A stretch of DNA of 43,964 nt from Thecamonas trahens ATCC 50062 (Eukaryota > Protista > Apusomonadida), in the NCBI RefSeq assembly GCF_000142905.1, contig NW_013657628.1, positions 122,553-166,516 on the forward strand. The letters run 5' to 3'. Every line of letters begins with the position of its first letter. Position 1 is the first letter of the stretch. Of this stretch, positions 1 through 9,925 are shown one piece after another. Under the pieces are notes generated by a model that did not search any database, had not been told where the DNA came from, and was given only the letters and a program-made list of their open reading frames with translations. The translations under genes and the position numbers were made by a program.

Positions 1-395
1 TTCCCCCAAGCGAGCGAGAAACGCAACGAATGTGGCAAGGTTTCTCGTCGAGATTATGCATGGATTTTTGCATTAGTGGCATATGGGCCACTTGCCGGAG
101 CAAGGCAAGGCATGCGTAATTGGGGGAAAAGCGTTCATGTGGCACCTTTCCATTGATTGTCATTGATCACTTTTGCCTTTACGCGCTTGGCTTTATCGTT
201 GTTCATTGATTGGTTGTTCCATGGTTTTTTCATTCGGTTTTGCGCCCAATTTTTGCTCGCTGGCCATGGCTGCGCACCTGGCCGCACACACATAGGTCAG
301 TAGCAGGTTACACAAGGGCCTGCTCCATAGAAACTCCACAAACATGTGCATACTCACCCTGGCATCATCCTTGGCCACTTGTTCCCGTCTTGTAG

Positions 396-2670
396 AGCCT
401 GAAATGCAGATTTCGGGGCCCGTCGGCTTTACCCACAATGTCCATGTCGGCTACGATGCCGATACGGTACGTCAGCCACCCATGCGCCATGCCCACCCAC
501 ATGCCTACCCACATGTCCACCCCCCTCCCCCCTCCCCCCCCACACGCACACACGCACACACGCACTTCCATACTCCCACACTCCTACATACGTCCACCAT
601 CATGTCCCCCTCCTCCCCTCTTTCCTCCTCCCCCCTCCCCCACCCACCCAACCACCCAACCCTACACACCCTCCTCCCCTCCTCCCCTCCTCCCCTCCCC
701 ACCCTCACTCACTCTCCCATCCCACCACCCGCAAATCCTCCCTCTCCTACCCCGCAACTCACCCTATCTCCGCTCGCATCCTCCGATCACTCCACAGGGC
801 GACTTTACCGTACGTATCCCGCACCCCTAGTCTCCCCCCCCCCCCCTCCCCCCCCCCCCTCCACCAAGAGTCATACACTATCTCGCTGATTCTGTCACAG
901 CAAATTTCTTACCATCTCACTCACCCCCACCCCCTCTCCCTCTCCCGTCATGACGTAGGGCCTCCCGGCAGAGTGGCAGGTCCTGCTCCAAGTCTCAGGC
1001 ATTTCCAAAAAGGAGCAAGAGGACAATCCGCAGGGAGTGCTGGATGCGCTCTCGTTCCAATCAGAGCTGACGGCCGAGGCTGAGAAGAACGCGCCGCCAG
1101 CTCCGTCGCGGCCGGCAGTGCCAGTGCGGCNNNNNNNNNNNNNNNNNNNNNNNNNNNNNNNNNNNNNNNNNNNNNNNNNNNNNNNNNNNNNNNNNNNNNN
1201 NNNNNNNNNNNNNNNNNNNNNNNNNNNNNNGGCGCCGGCCGGAGGTGGCAGCTCGCCGGCGGCGCCGCCGCGAGTCCCGCAAAGGGTTGGGGCTGGCAGC
1301 GAGGCTGGGTCGAAGAAGGGTCCGCCCAAAGTCAACCGCATGTCCAAGCCGGTGGACATGCCGTCGGTCCCCTCGCGACCGCACGCCGGCGGGTCCAAGG
1401 CAGGCGGCGGGGCGGCATCGCCGGCGTCGCGCAAGACGGTGGACCCGTCCAAGCTCCCGGACCATGACTTTTCGGAGCGCGAGTCTGTTGCGCTGGCCGA
1501 CCTGTGCAAGGTCGACATTGACCCGCGCGACGTGTACAACATCATCGAGCGGGTGGGCCAGGGCGCGTCCGGCTCAGTCTACCTCGCCGAGCACAAGGAG
1601 ACCGGCCAGCGGGTGGCGCTCAAGCAGATGATACTTGCCCAACAGCAGAAACTGTCCCTGCTCATCAACGAGGTCGCCATCATGCAAAAGTCCAAGCACG
1701 ACTGCATTGTCAACTACTACGACGCCTTTCTTCTCGACGATGAACTGTGGATTGTCATGGAGTTCCTCGAGGGCGGCGCCCTCACCGACGTGCTCGAGAA
1801 CAACCAGATGTCCGAGGAACAGATTGCGCGCGTTGCCCTCGACACCCTCCGCGGCCTCGAGGTCCTTCACGCCAAGGGCATCGTCCACCGCGACATCAAG
1901 TCGGACAACATCCTTGTCGGCTCCAACGGCGAGATCAAGCTTACCGACTTTGGCTACTGCGCCCAGCTGACCAAGGAGCGCCAGGCCCGCAACTCGATCG
2001 TCGGGACTCCGTACTGGATGGCGCCCGAGGTCGTCAAGCGCAAGGCCTACGGCCCCAAGGTCGACATCTGGTCGCTCGGCATCATGTGCATCGAGATGGT
2101 CGAGCAGGAGCCGCCCTACATGGATGAGTCTCCGCTCCGTGGTACGTATTTCCCCATGCACCCCCTTCCTCCCTCCTCCCCCTCCCCCCCCCACCCCCTC
2201 GTCCTCCTCCTCCCCGCCCCTCCCGAGCTGATCTCGCAGGCCTGGTTTTCAGGCCTGCACTTTCTGAGGCTCGGCCATTCAATGGTCGAGCCTCTGCTTA
2301 GGGGCGCATATCAACCGCACTCGATGCGATGCTCTGTATTAATCACAGGCACGCCGCACCCCATCGGCCTGCCTGCTTCATATCTAGAGCACATTTTCAC
2401 ACTCCTCTTCACCCCAACCCCACCAACCCCACCATCCACTCACGCCATGTGCCCTTGCTCCCGAAACCAGCGCTGTACCTCATCGCTACCACCGGCACGC
2501 CGCAGATCCGCAACCCCGAGGCGCTGTCGGACTCGTTCAAGTCGTTCCTCGCGGCTTCGCTCGAGGTCGACGTCTCGCTCCGGCCCAATGCGACGCTCCT
2601 CTTGCAGCACCCGTTCCTGAAGAAGGCGTGCGTGGGCAGCGAGCTCAAGCCGCTCCTCGACGCGCTTTAA
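396..2670 (+). CDS. p21-activated (PAK/STE20) kinase with CRIB domain; exons 396-466, 798-809, 959-2141, 2471-2670; 5' part possibly upstream; spans N-gap
   Basis: [23 protein letters not shown]|GDFT|GLPAEW; kinase motifs [30 protein letters not shown]; GTACGT donors at 467, 810, 2142 and AG acceptors at 395, 797, 958, 2470 restore the frame (PLR-A-LYLIAT). Confidence 0.93.
1131..1230. other. assembly gap (100 N)
   Basis: N run. Confidence 1.
2215..2396 (+). ncRNA. putative intronic box H/ACA snoRNA
   Basis: Non-C-rich island in intron 2142-2470: hairpins 2236-2258 and 2266-2294 enclosed by cgcccct/aggggcg, H box ATATCA 2308-2313, 3' hairpin gctct/agagc with internal pocket, ACA 2391-2393 plus 3 nt. 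Confidence 0.72.
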
Positions 2671-2747
2671 CGGACGCGGTTCTCTCCCGTGCACCGCATC
2701 CTATAAAAAATAACCTCTCCCGCGCCTGCATGGTCCATTTCTTGCTG

Positions 2748-5264
2748 TTACTCGCCCGCTGGGCCGCCGGCATCAGCGCCGAGTGCGGCCAGCTGGGCCT
2801 TGAGTTGCTCGAGCTCTTCGGCCTGGGCAGCAATGACCCTGGCCTGGCGCTCGATGATGCGCGCCTGCTGCGCAACCCGGACCTCTGCGGCGGTTGAAGC
2901 CGAGTCGACGCCGAGGTCGTTGGTCAGCTCGAGCAGCCGCGGGAGCGACGGCCGCTCCGCCGGGTTGTGCGCCACCATCAGCGCAATGATCGAGGCAACG
3001 TGCGGATACGCTGCAAAGCAGCCGCCCTCGGTCGGAAACGCTGCGTCCGGGCTGCCGTCGCCTGCGCCGCTCCCGGGCGCGCACATGCTCGCCAGCTGCC
3101 GGATGGCAAGCACCCGCTCCATGCCTGTCGAGAACTGCGAGAAGAGCTCAAAGAGGAGAATGCCGAGCGAGAAGACATCGGCCTTGGACCCGTACCGTCC
3201 GCCAGCCATCTGCTCCGGCGCGCGGGTGTAGCTCCCCACGTCCGCCGTCAGCTCGCTCGCTGCCATGTCAGCCCGCGGCGACGAGAGCGGCGTGCCGGTA
3301 GGCGACGCGTTGACCACATCGGCAGGCAGCAGCTCGACGGCAAGGCCAAAGTCGCCGAGCTTGACTGCGCAGTCGGTGGTGAGGAAGACGTTGGCCGGCT
3401 TGAGGTCGCGGTGCAGAATGCCCGAGGCGTGGACGTAGGCGACTGCATGGAGCAGCGACCGCGCAATACGGATCCGCCGGTGAAGCTCCGGACCCGGGAA
3501 CGGATGAGGGCAAGTGCTGTTCGCCTCAAGGTAGTGCTGTAGCGTCGCGTCCGAGCACAACTCCATCTGGATGAACAGGTGCGGGATGAGGCTCGGCTCA
3601 GCGTGGGCGCGTGCGAGCGCCGTCGACGGGATCCGCGACCGCCGCCGGACAAGCGCGCCGCCGTCACCTCCGCCAGTGCCGCCCGACGAGCCGCCGCCAG
3701 TCGTTGACGACGTTGTCCGCGAGTTAAAGACCGATGCTGCCTCGCCGATGCTGCGAAAGGCGCCGCCGACCGACGACGTCGCCGGCAGTGGCGCATTCCA
3801 CACCACCTGCGACCGCGCGCTCATCGCGTCGTCGTACTCGTACTCCTCGTACTCGTACGGATCATCAACGGCGAGGCCCGGCGGGAGCATCTCGATCCAC
3901 GCCCCGTAGTACCGCACCACGTGCGAGTGCGAGAGCCGCGCAAGGTGAGTCACCTCGCGGAGGTACTTGGAAACAAGGCCAGATGCGAGCGATGGCAGCC
4001 GTACCTTCTTCACCGCGTACTCTTGCCGATCGAGCTTGTTGCGGACCTTGAAGACAGCGCCGAAGCCACCCTTGCCGAGACGCACCACCTCCTCAAACTC
4101 GGCCGCATACCGCGAGTGCGTCGCGGCGCTGGCCAGCGGTGCCGCCCGCCCGATGGCCAGCGCCGGCCCGGCACCCGGGTCCGCCGCCGAGACTACAAGG
4201 TTCGGCAGAGTGGTCGGGAGCGCGTGCGCAAACCGCGCCCGTGCCTCGGCAAGCTCGGATGAGAATGCTTCCCGGTCGAGCGCGCCCGTCTGAAAGAGAT
4301 GGGTGCAAAGCGCGTTGATCGACGCCCGCGAGAAGACCCCACCAGGCCCCATGTCCAACCCCGACGCCGTTGTCACCACATGGTCCAGAACCGAGATAAG
4401 CAGCAGTCGCTGCTCACGCGCCCTAACCGTACTGTCGTGCTCACCGTCGTCGTCACCACCGCCGCCGCCGCCGCCACTCCGCGCCCGCACATACCGCACC
4501 AGCGCCATTGCTGCCGCCTCTGTCGACGCCTCAACCTCGGCCTGACGCCGCGGCTGCCGCCGACGCGGCGAGAGCGGACCAACTTGCATCGAGGCCGGTG
4601 CAACCGCCGCCAGCGGCGAGTCTGTCATGGTCGGCGACAGTGCCGCCAGCGACGAGTCCGAGTCGGACGCCGCCACAATCTCCTCCAGCGAAAACAGCGG
4701 CGGCGAGAGCCGGGTCGATGGCGACGGCGTCGCGTCCGGGCGCGGAGGCGTCGACAGATACGTGTACGCCGTCGACCGCGAGTCCGTCGACGAAGCCGAG
4801 AAGAGCGGTACATTGTCGCCGTCCCCTCCCTGCTGACTCCAGCCCCTGCTCCTGCTCTCGCTCCCGTCCGAGCTGTCCTCGTCCTCGCCGCAGCCGCTCC
4901 TCAGCGAATAGCCTTCGTTTGACTCATCGCTGCTGAGTGGAACCACCTTGCTCAGGCGTGAACGGCGATGATGTCCACCGATACCATGATCATGCCCGTC
5001 ATCCAGTCGGTCCCCAGCCGCATCGCCTCGCCCGTCTCCGCCTTGTCCGTCTCCGCCAGACCCATCCAGCCCGGAACGGCAAAAGGTATGGGCAAGCTCA
5101 TCATCATAGTCTGGGTAATCCTGGTCATCATGGTGGCCTGTCTCGCTGCTGGACACACCATGGTCATCGCTGCTGTCAGACCAGGCGAGGTCAGCGACGA
5201 CCTGCCGGCCACCACGGCCACCACTCCCACGGCCACCACGGCCACCACCAAACACAATCGACAT
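2748..5264 (-). CDS. eIF2alpha kinase, HRI (EIF2AK1)-like
   Basis: SRYAAEFEEVVRLGKGGFGAV, YAVKK, large kinase insert, LFIQMELC, HRDLKPAN, DFG, TGMER; N-terminal LLLISVLDHV..LCTHLFQTGAL resembles the HRI N-domain; start chosen at ATG 5264 (uncertain). Confidence 0.88.
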   Translation of the reverse strand: MSIVFGGGRGGRGSGGRGGRQVVADLAWSDSSDDHGVSSSETGHHDDQDYPDYDDELAHTFCRSGLDGSGGDGQGGDGRGDAAGDRLDDGHDHGIGGHHRRSRLSKVVPLSSDESNEGYSLRSGCGEDEDSSDGSESRSRGWSQQGGDGDNVPLFSASSTDSRSTAYTYLSTPPRPDATPSPSTRLSPPLFSLEEIVAASDSDSSLAALSPTMTDSPLAAVAPASMQVGPLSPRRRQPRRQAEVEASTEAAAMALVRYVRARSGGGGGGGDDDGEHDSTVRAREQRLLLISVLDHVVTTASGLDMGPGGVFSRASINALCTHLFQTGALDREAFSSELAEARARFAHALPTTLPNLVVSAADPGAGPALAIGRAAPLASAATHSRYAAEFEEVVRLGKGGFGAVFKVRNKLDRQEYAVKKVRLPSLASGLVSKYLREVTHLARLSHSHVVRYYGAWIEMLPPGLAVDDPYEYEEYEYDDAMSARSQVVWNAPLPATSSVGGAFRSIGEAASVFNSRTTSSTTGGGSSGGTGGGDGGALVRRRSRIPSTALARAHAEPSLIPHLFIQMELCSDATLQHYLEANSTCPHPFPGPELHRRIRIARSLLHAVAYVHASGILHRDLKPANVFLTTDCAVKLGDFGLAVELLPADVVNASPTGTPLSSPRADMAASELTADVGSYTRAPEQMAGGRYGSKADVFSLGILLFELFSQFSTGMERVLAIRQLASMCAPGSGAGDGSPDAAFPTEGGCFAAYPHVASIIALMVAHNPAERPSLPRLLELTNDLGVDSASTAAEVRVAQQARIIERQARVIAAQAEELEQLKAQLAALGADAGGPAGE

Positions 5265-5678
5265 GCCAGACTCCTGCTCTCCTCCACCTGTATGCCACGT
5301 GCTACTCCTCCTCCTTCTGCTTGGGCGACTCTCCGCGTCGTCTCTCGACAAGTGCTGCTGCTGGTAAAGTGGGACGTGGGGCGGTGGGCGACATGGGGCG
5401 ACTCGCCTTCCATTCCTCGGCACAGTGACGTTGGAGGGGGGGGGGTATGAAAAAAAAAAATATGATCGGCACTCCCCCCTCCCCCCCCCCCCCCCCCCCC
5501 CCCCCACACCGCCCACCTCACCCTTTCTTTTCGAGCTCCCAAATGTGTTCATTCCGCACCGTAAAGGATTAGAGAAGGCCTGCTGTAGTAGTCCGTATCG
5601 ACAGTTGCGAAGGCCTGAGCCAGGTCAGAAACGCGTCAGCACGTTGCTGCACCTCACTCGACTGACATATCACTTGTA

Positions 5679-6359
5679 ATGGCCGACAGAGTCTGGGATG
5701 ATGAAGTGGTGGTCTTTTCCGACTGCGAGTATGTGTTCGCCGGCATGGATGCCCTCGAGGCGGCGGTGGTGGACGAGGGCGTCTCACCGACGCAAGCCTA
5801 TGAGCAATTCGGTGGATACGCACGGGTGAAGGAGCTGACAGAGACTGCGGTGGTCCAAATCGGAGCGGTCAAGTACGATCTGGCCAACCGCAGGGTTGTC
5901 GAGACTTTTGAGGTCGTCGTCGATCCAGGTGAGAGCTGGCCGGCCGCAACCTTTGACTATCTTGCCCGGCTGACCGGGACTGTGTTCGGCCCCGGGCATG
6001 GCGAGCAAGCGCAGTCGGCGCTGGCGGCATTTGACAGCTTTGTCGGCAATGCTATGTGGGTGGTGATGGACAACGATGGCGCGGTGATGCGGCGGCAGTG
6101 GCCTCAGCTCGCGGCCGGCCCGGCCATACGTCTGAAGCCACTTCTGACCGATACCCCGGCCGCCGGCCTCAACTCGGGCCATTTGCACAACCTGCTTGCC
6201 GACGATGTCAAGGCCGCTGCTGGATTCGGAGCCATAGTCGATGCTCGCAAGGATGCACAGGAACACACCGGGCTGTACGACGCCATCTCGATGGCGGTTT
6301 TTTGTGCGCTCGCAGATCCGTCGCCGCTGGCGGGCACCATCGCAAGCCGTGCCACATAA
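5679..6359 (+). CDS. DEDDh-family 3'-5' exonuclease-like protein
   Basis: ExoI FSDCEY followed by VVQIGAVKYD, candidate ExoII MDND, ExoIII HTGLYDA. Confidence 0.7.
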   Translation: MADRVWDDEVVVFSDCEYVFAGMDALEAAVVDEGVSPTQAYEQFGGYARVKELTETAVVQIGAVKYDLANRRVVETFEVVVDPGESWPAATFDYLARLTGTVFGPGHGEQAQSALAAFDSFVGNAMWVVMDNDGAVMRRQWPQLAAGPAIRLKPLLTDTPAAGLNSGHLHNLLADDVKAAAGFGAIVDARKDAQEHTGLYDAISMAVFCALADPSPLAGTIASRAT

Positions 6360-7031
6360 CCGACTCCACCGCGGCAATTGGCAAAGGTCCGGTCACGCTT
6401 CCAACTAGGCTGAAGGGGCTGAATGTGGATGGTGGCGGGGAAGTGTTATCTTGCCTGCTAGCACAGTCAGCCACTCGAGGCCCCGAGGCGGGCACGAGCA
6501 GCAACGTCTCCACCAAACACCACCCGCATACCCGCATAACGACTGCGCAAATATCATAGTGCTTGCTATTGATGGCTGTATTGGACATGCCGCCGCAAGC
6601 CCGTGGGCGTCCCGACCAGCGCAGACTAACTGCCGCCTCAACGAAAAAGACTCACCACTCGCACATGTCATATCATCCGCACAAGCTCCCGCTCCTGCAG
6701 CCTCCCCCCCCCCCGCTCCTGGTCCCCAGCCCTCAGCCTAGCCCAGCTGCATCCAGTCTCATACTGCCTCCCATTCTAGCCCTTTCAACAATTGCAAGCC
6801 CTCTGCAGCAAGAGCTTTTGCGGGCAACGCGAGGCAGGATGACGACGCTTCCGCAACAGGAAAAAATGTTTTCACGTGCAGAACGTTCGATAGAAAGGAG
6901 TAGGGAGAAGAGGAAAGTCGAGCGTGTGCCCTGTGCACCACAAAACAGTGTTCTTTTCCACGCGCCATTGCCCCACCTCGCAAGGCATCCCCACTGTTGC
7001 TGAGTCTGAGCCCAACTCTGTTAACGTGATC

Positions 7032-8429
7032 ATGTCCGAGACTCAGCCGCTGGTGGTAAATTCATGGCGACAGCCCGCCAAGGGCGGGCACAAGAACCGG
7101 GACGGCGGCGAGGGCACGTCGTCGACAACCGGTGCTATCTTCAACTTTCTCTCGACTACCATCTCAACCGGCTTGCTCTCACTGCCGGGCGCTGGGCGCG
7201 ATGGGGGCTGGGTGGCGATTGTGATGATCGTCGGCGTCGCGCTAGTGGCCAACCACACCGCCCAGCTGCTTGTTGCTTGCCTCGATGCCATCTCGCCGCG
7301 GCGTGCCGACGACGTCGTGCTCTTCACTTCGCACGACTCGGTGGTTCACGTCGAGTCGGGCGGCACGGTGCCTGCTGACAACCACGAGATCTCATATGCA
7401 GCCATCGGGCGCGCCGCGTACGGGACGCCTGGAGCCGTGGTGGTCGGCGTCCTGCAGATCGCGCTCCTCTTTGGCGCGTGCACCATCTTCTTGGTTCTCT
7501 TCGGCAACCTCATGTCGGAGCTCTTCGACTGCGTCTCGCCGCATATCTTCATCATCGGCCTTGTCGTCTTCATGATTCCACTCTCATGGCTCCGGTCACT
7601 CTCAGAGGTCGCCCTCCTCTCGTACGGCGGGCTGGCAGCATCGATGCTGACCTGGGCCATCATCTGCGGCTACGGCATTTCCGATGGCATCCAGAAACCG
7701 GTGGCTGGTGGGCGGCCCATCCTTGTGCTTGCCAATGGGCCGGTTGCTTTCAACACAGTCGTCTTTGCCTTTGCCGGCCATTCTGTCTTGCCGTCGATCT
7801 ACTCGTCGATGGCGCGGCCGCAGACACTGGCGCGAGCGCTCAACTACGCGTTTACGGTCATCGCCATCGTCTACTCAACCATCACCGCGTGCGGTTACTG
7901 GGCGTACGGATCAAAGGTCGGTGGTCCGTCCAACGACATCTTCTGGAACATGCCGACTACAATCTTCACACGCATCGCGGCCAGCGCGCTGTCGGCCCAT
8001 CTCGCCTGCGCGTATCTTGTTCCCTTCAATCCGGTGGCGCACGCCCTCGAGCGCGTCATTCTCCCCGCGTCGCCTGATGGACTGCCTGGTGGGTGGCTTC
8101 TGCGTCAGCGTATGGTCATCCGCACTCCGCTCGTCGTTGCCTCGGCCGTCGTCGCTGTCAGCGTCCCGTTCTTTGGCGAGCTTGTCTCGCTCTTTGCCGC
8201 CTTCTCGGTCATGGCCATGGTCTTTACTCTTCCGCCCATCTTCTTCGCCAAGCTCTATCCGGAGCGTGTCTCACGATCGTATGCCGTCGTTCTCATCGCC
8301 ATCGTCAGCCTCGGTCTCATCGGCACAGGCCTTGGCCTCACTTACGCGTCTGCCAACTTGGTCAAGGCCCTTCGCGATGGGGGCAATCCCTTTGCCAACT
8401 TTTTGGCCCGCGACTGTCGGCTGAACTGA
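7032..8429 (+). CDS. amino acid transporter (AAAP/Aa_trans family)
   Basis: About 11 hydrophobic segments; FNFLSTTISTGLLSLP, SYAAIG, FAFAGHSVLPSIYSSM, GYWAYG motifs. Confidence 0.9.
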   Translation: MSETQPLVVNSWRQPAKGGHKNRDGGEGTSSTTGAIFNFLSTTISTGLLSLPGAGRDGGWVAIVMIVGVALVANHTAQLLVACLDAISPRRADDVVLFTSHDSVVHVESGGTVPADNHEISYAAIGRAAYGTPGAVVVGVLQIALLFGACTIFLVLFGNLMSELFDCVSPHIFIIGLVVFMIPLSWLRSLSEVALLSYGGLAASMLTWAIICGYGISDGIQKPVAGGRPILVLANGPVAFNTVVFAFAGHSVLPSIYSSMARPQTLARALNYAFTVIAIVYSTITACGYWAYGSKVGGPSNDIFWNMPTTIFTRIAASALSAHLACAYLVPFNPVAHALERVILPASPDGLPGGWLLRQRMVIRTPLVVASAVVAVSVPFFGELVSLFAAFSVMAMVFTLPPIFFAKLYPERVSRSYAVVLIAIVSLGLIGTGLGLTYASANLVKALRDGGNPFANFLARDCRLN

Positions 8430-8919
8430 TACCTCCCGCCGCAGAACAAAGCACACATAAAACCTTCATCGCACATACTGTTGGCTGGCACTCTACGTGT
8501 AACAAGCATAATGACGAGAAGAGGCGTGACAAGGGCGGGATCAGCAAGTTGTCGCGGCTAGCATGACGAGCAAAAAACCGCCTCATTGTCATCCCATTTC
8601 CCAATCCTCACCTTCCCCCATACTACCACCACCTCCGCACCCATTCCACCACATCCACACTCACACCTTTGCACAGATGTTGCCTTCACAACCATACCTT
8701 CCTTCCCTCTATCATTCACCAGCATGCCCCCATATGCCTCCCACTCGCCACCAGCCATGTCTCCCTCCACCAAAAAAACACTCCCTCTTTCCCAAAAAAG
8801 GTCGCAATTCCCTCCCCCCCCTCCCCCCCTGGGCCACCAGCGCAAGCCACACCCACCCACACACACACACACACCTGACTCCCACCACACCACACCACAC
8901 ACACACACACACCACAACC

Positions 8920-9894
8920 ATGGAGAGCATCCTTGACATTGTGACGCCTGTGGTGACTGCGGTCGGGTGGGCAAGCCTTGCGGGCGCAGCGGTGTTTGCG
9001 GCGAGCGGAGCGTGGGCTGGGCGTGTGGCGTCGGTGCCTGCGGGGGCGTACAAGGGCAAGCGGGTGGTCATTACGGGCGCGTCGTCGGGCATGGGCAAGG
9101 AGATGGCCAAGCAGTTCTGTGCTCTTGGTGCCTCTGTTGTCCTCATTGCTCGTCGTGAGGAGAAGCTCCGTGAGCTCGAGCTCGAGTGCCGTGCCATCCA
9201 GGTCGCCACCCTCTCGGGCGGCGTCGGCGCCAATCCGGAGGTTGTTGTCGCCGTGGCGGACGTCGCCGACGAGGATGCCGTCATCGAGGCCATGGAAAAG
9301 GCTGTTCTCTTGCTGGGCGGCATCGATGTACTGGTGGCCAACGCTGGGCGCGGTGCCAACAACACCCTGTTTGAGGACGAGGCGGACCTGGCCTTCTACA
9401 AGTCGGTCATGGAGGTCAACTACTGGGGCGTGGTCCACTGCGTGAGGGCTGCCCTGCCGCACCTCCGCGCCTCGCGTGGCTCCATCCTGGCCGTCTCGTC
9501 GGTGGCAGGCAAGATTTCCACTCCGCGGAGGACCGGCTACTGCCCGACCAAGTTTGCGCTCAACGCCTTCTGCGACTCGCTCCGCTACGAGGTCGGCGAT
9601 GAGGTCTCGGTCACTGTCGCCTGCCCGGGCTACGTCATCACCGAGATCCATGACGAGTTTCTGGCCGCCACCGGTGCTTCTCGCAACACCGACAAGTTCC
9701 TCACCGCCGACGCCGCTGCCGAGTGGATGATCGCCGCGCTCTACGCCGGAAAGCGCGAGCTCGTCATGGTCGCCGCCGCCCGCTTCGGCCTTGCCCTCAA
9801 GCCTTTGCTCCCGGCCTGGCTCATGGACCGCATCATCGTTCGCTCCTCTGAAGCTGCCTTTACCTCGATGACCGGCAAGTCCAAGTCGTCGTAG
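8920..9894 (+). CDS. short-chain dehydrogenase/reductase (DHRS7/11beta-HSD-like)
   Basis: N-terminal membrane anchor, TGASSGMG, NAG, catalytic S..YCPTK, PGYVIT. Confidence 0.93.
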   Translation: MESILDIVTPVVTAVGWASLAGAAVFAASGAWAGRVASVPAGAYKGKRVVITGASSGMGKEMAKQFCALGASVVLIARREEKLRELELECRAIQVATLSGGVGANPEVVVAVADVADEDAVIEAMEKAVLLLGGIDVLVANAGRGANNTLFEDEADLAFYKSVMEVNYWGVVHCVRAALPHLRASRGSILAVSSVAGKISTPRRTGYCPTKFALNAFCDSLRYEVGDEVSVTVACPGYVITEIHDEFLAATGASRNTDKFLTADAAAEWMIAALYAGKRELVMVAAARFGLALKPLLPAWLMDRIIVRSSEAAFTSMTGKSKSS

Positions 9895-9925
9895 CTGCTG
9901 CCATGTCTCCGCTGCGGGAGTAAAC

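Noticed and set aside
170-260. U5 snRNA (GCCTTTTAC plus AATTTTTG)
   Set aside because: No stem closes the loop-1-like sequence
2142-2620. C-terminal extension of the 527-aa ORF
   Set aside because: Read-through of the intron; the true kinase C-terminus resumes at 2471 in another frame
6360-7030. Short ORFs between the nuclease and the transporter
   Set aside because: No motifs or convincing coding signal
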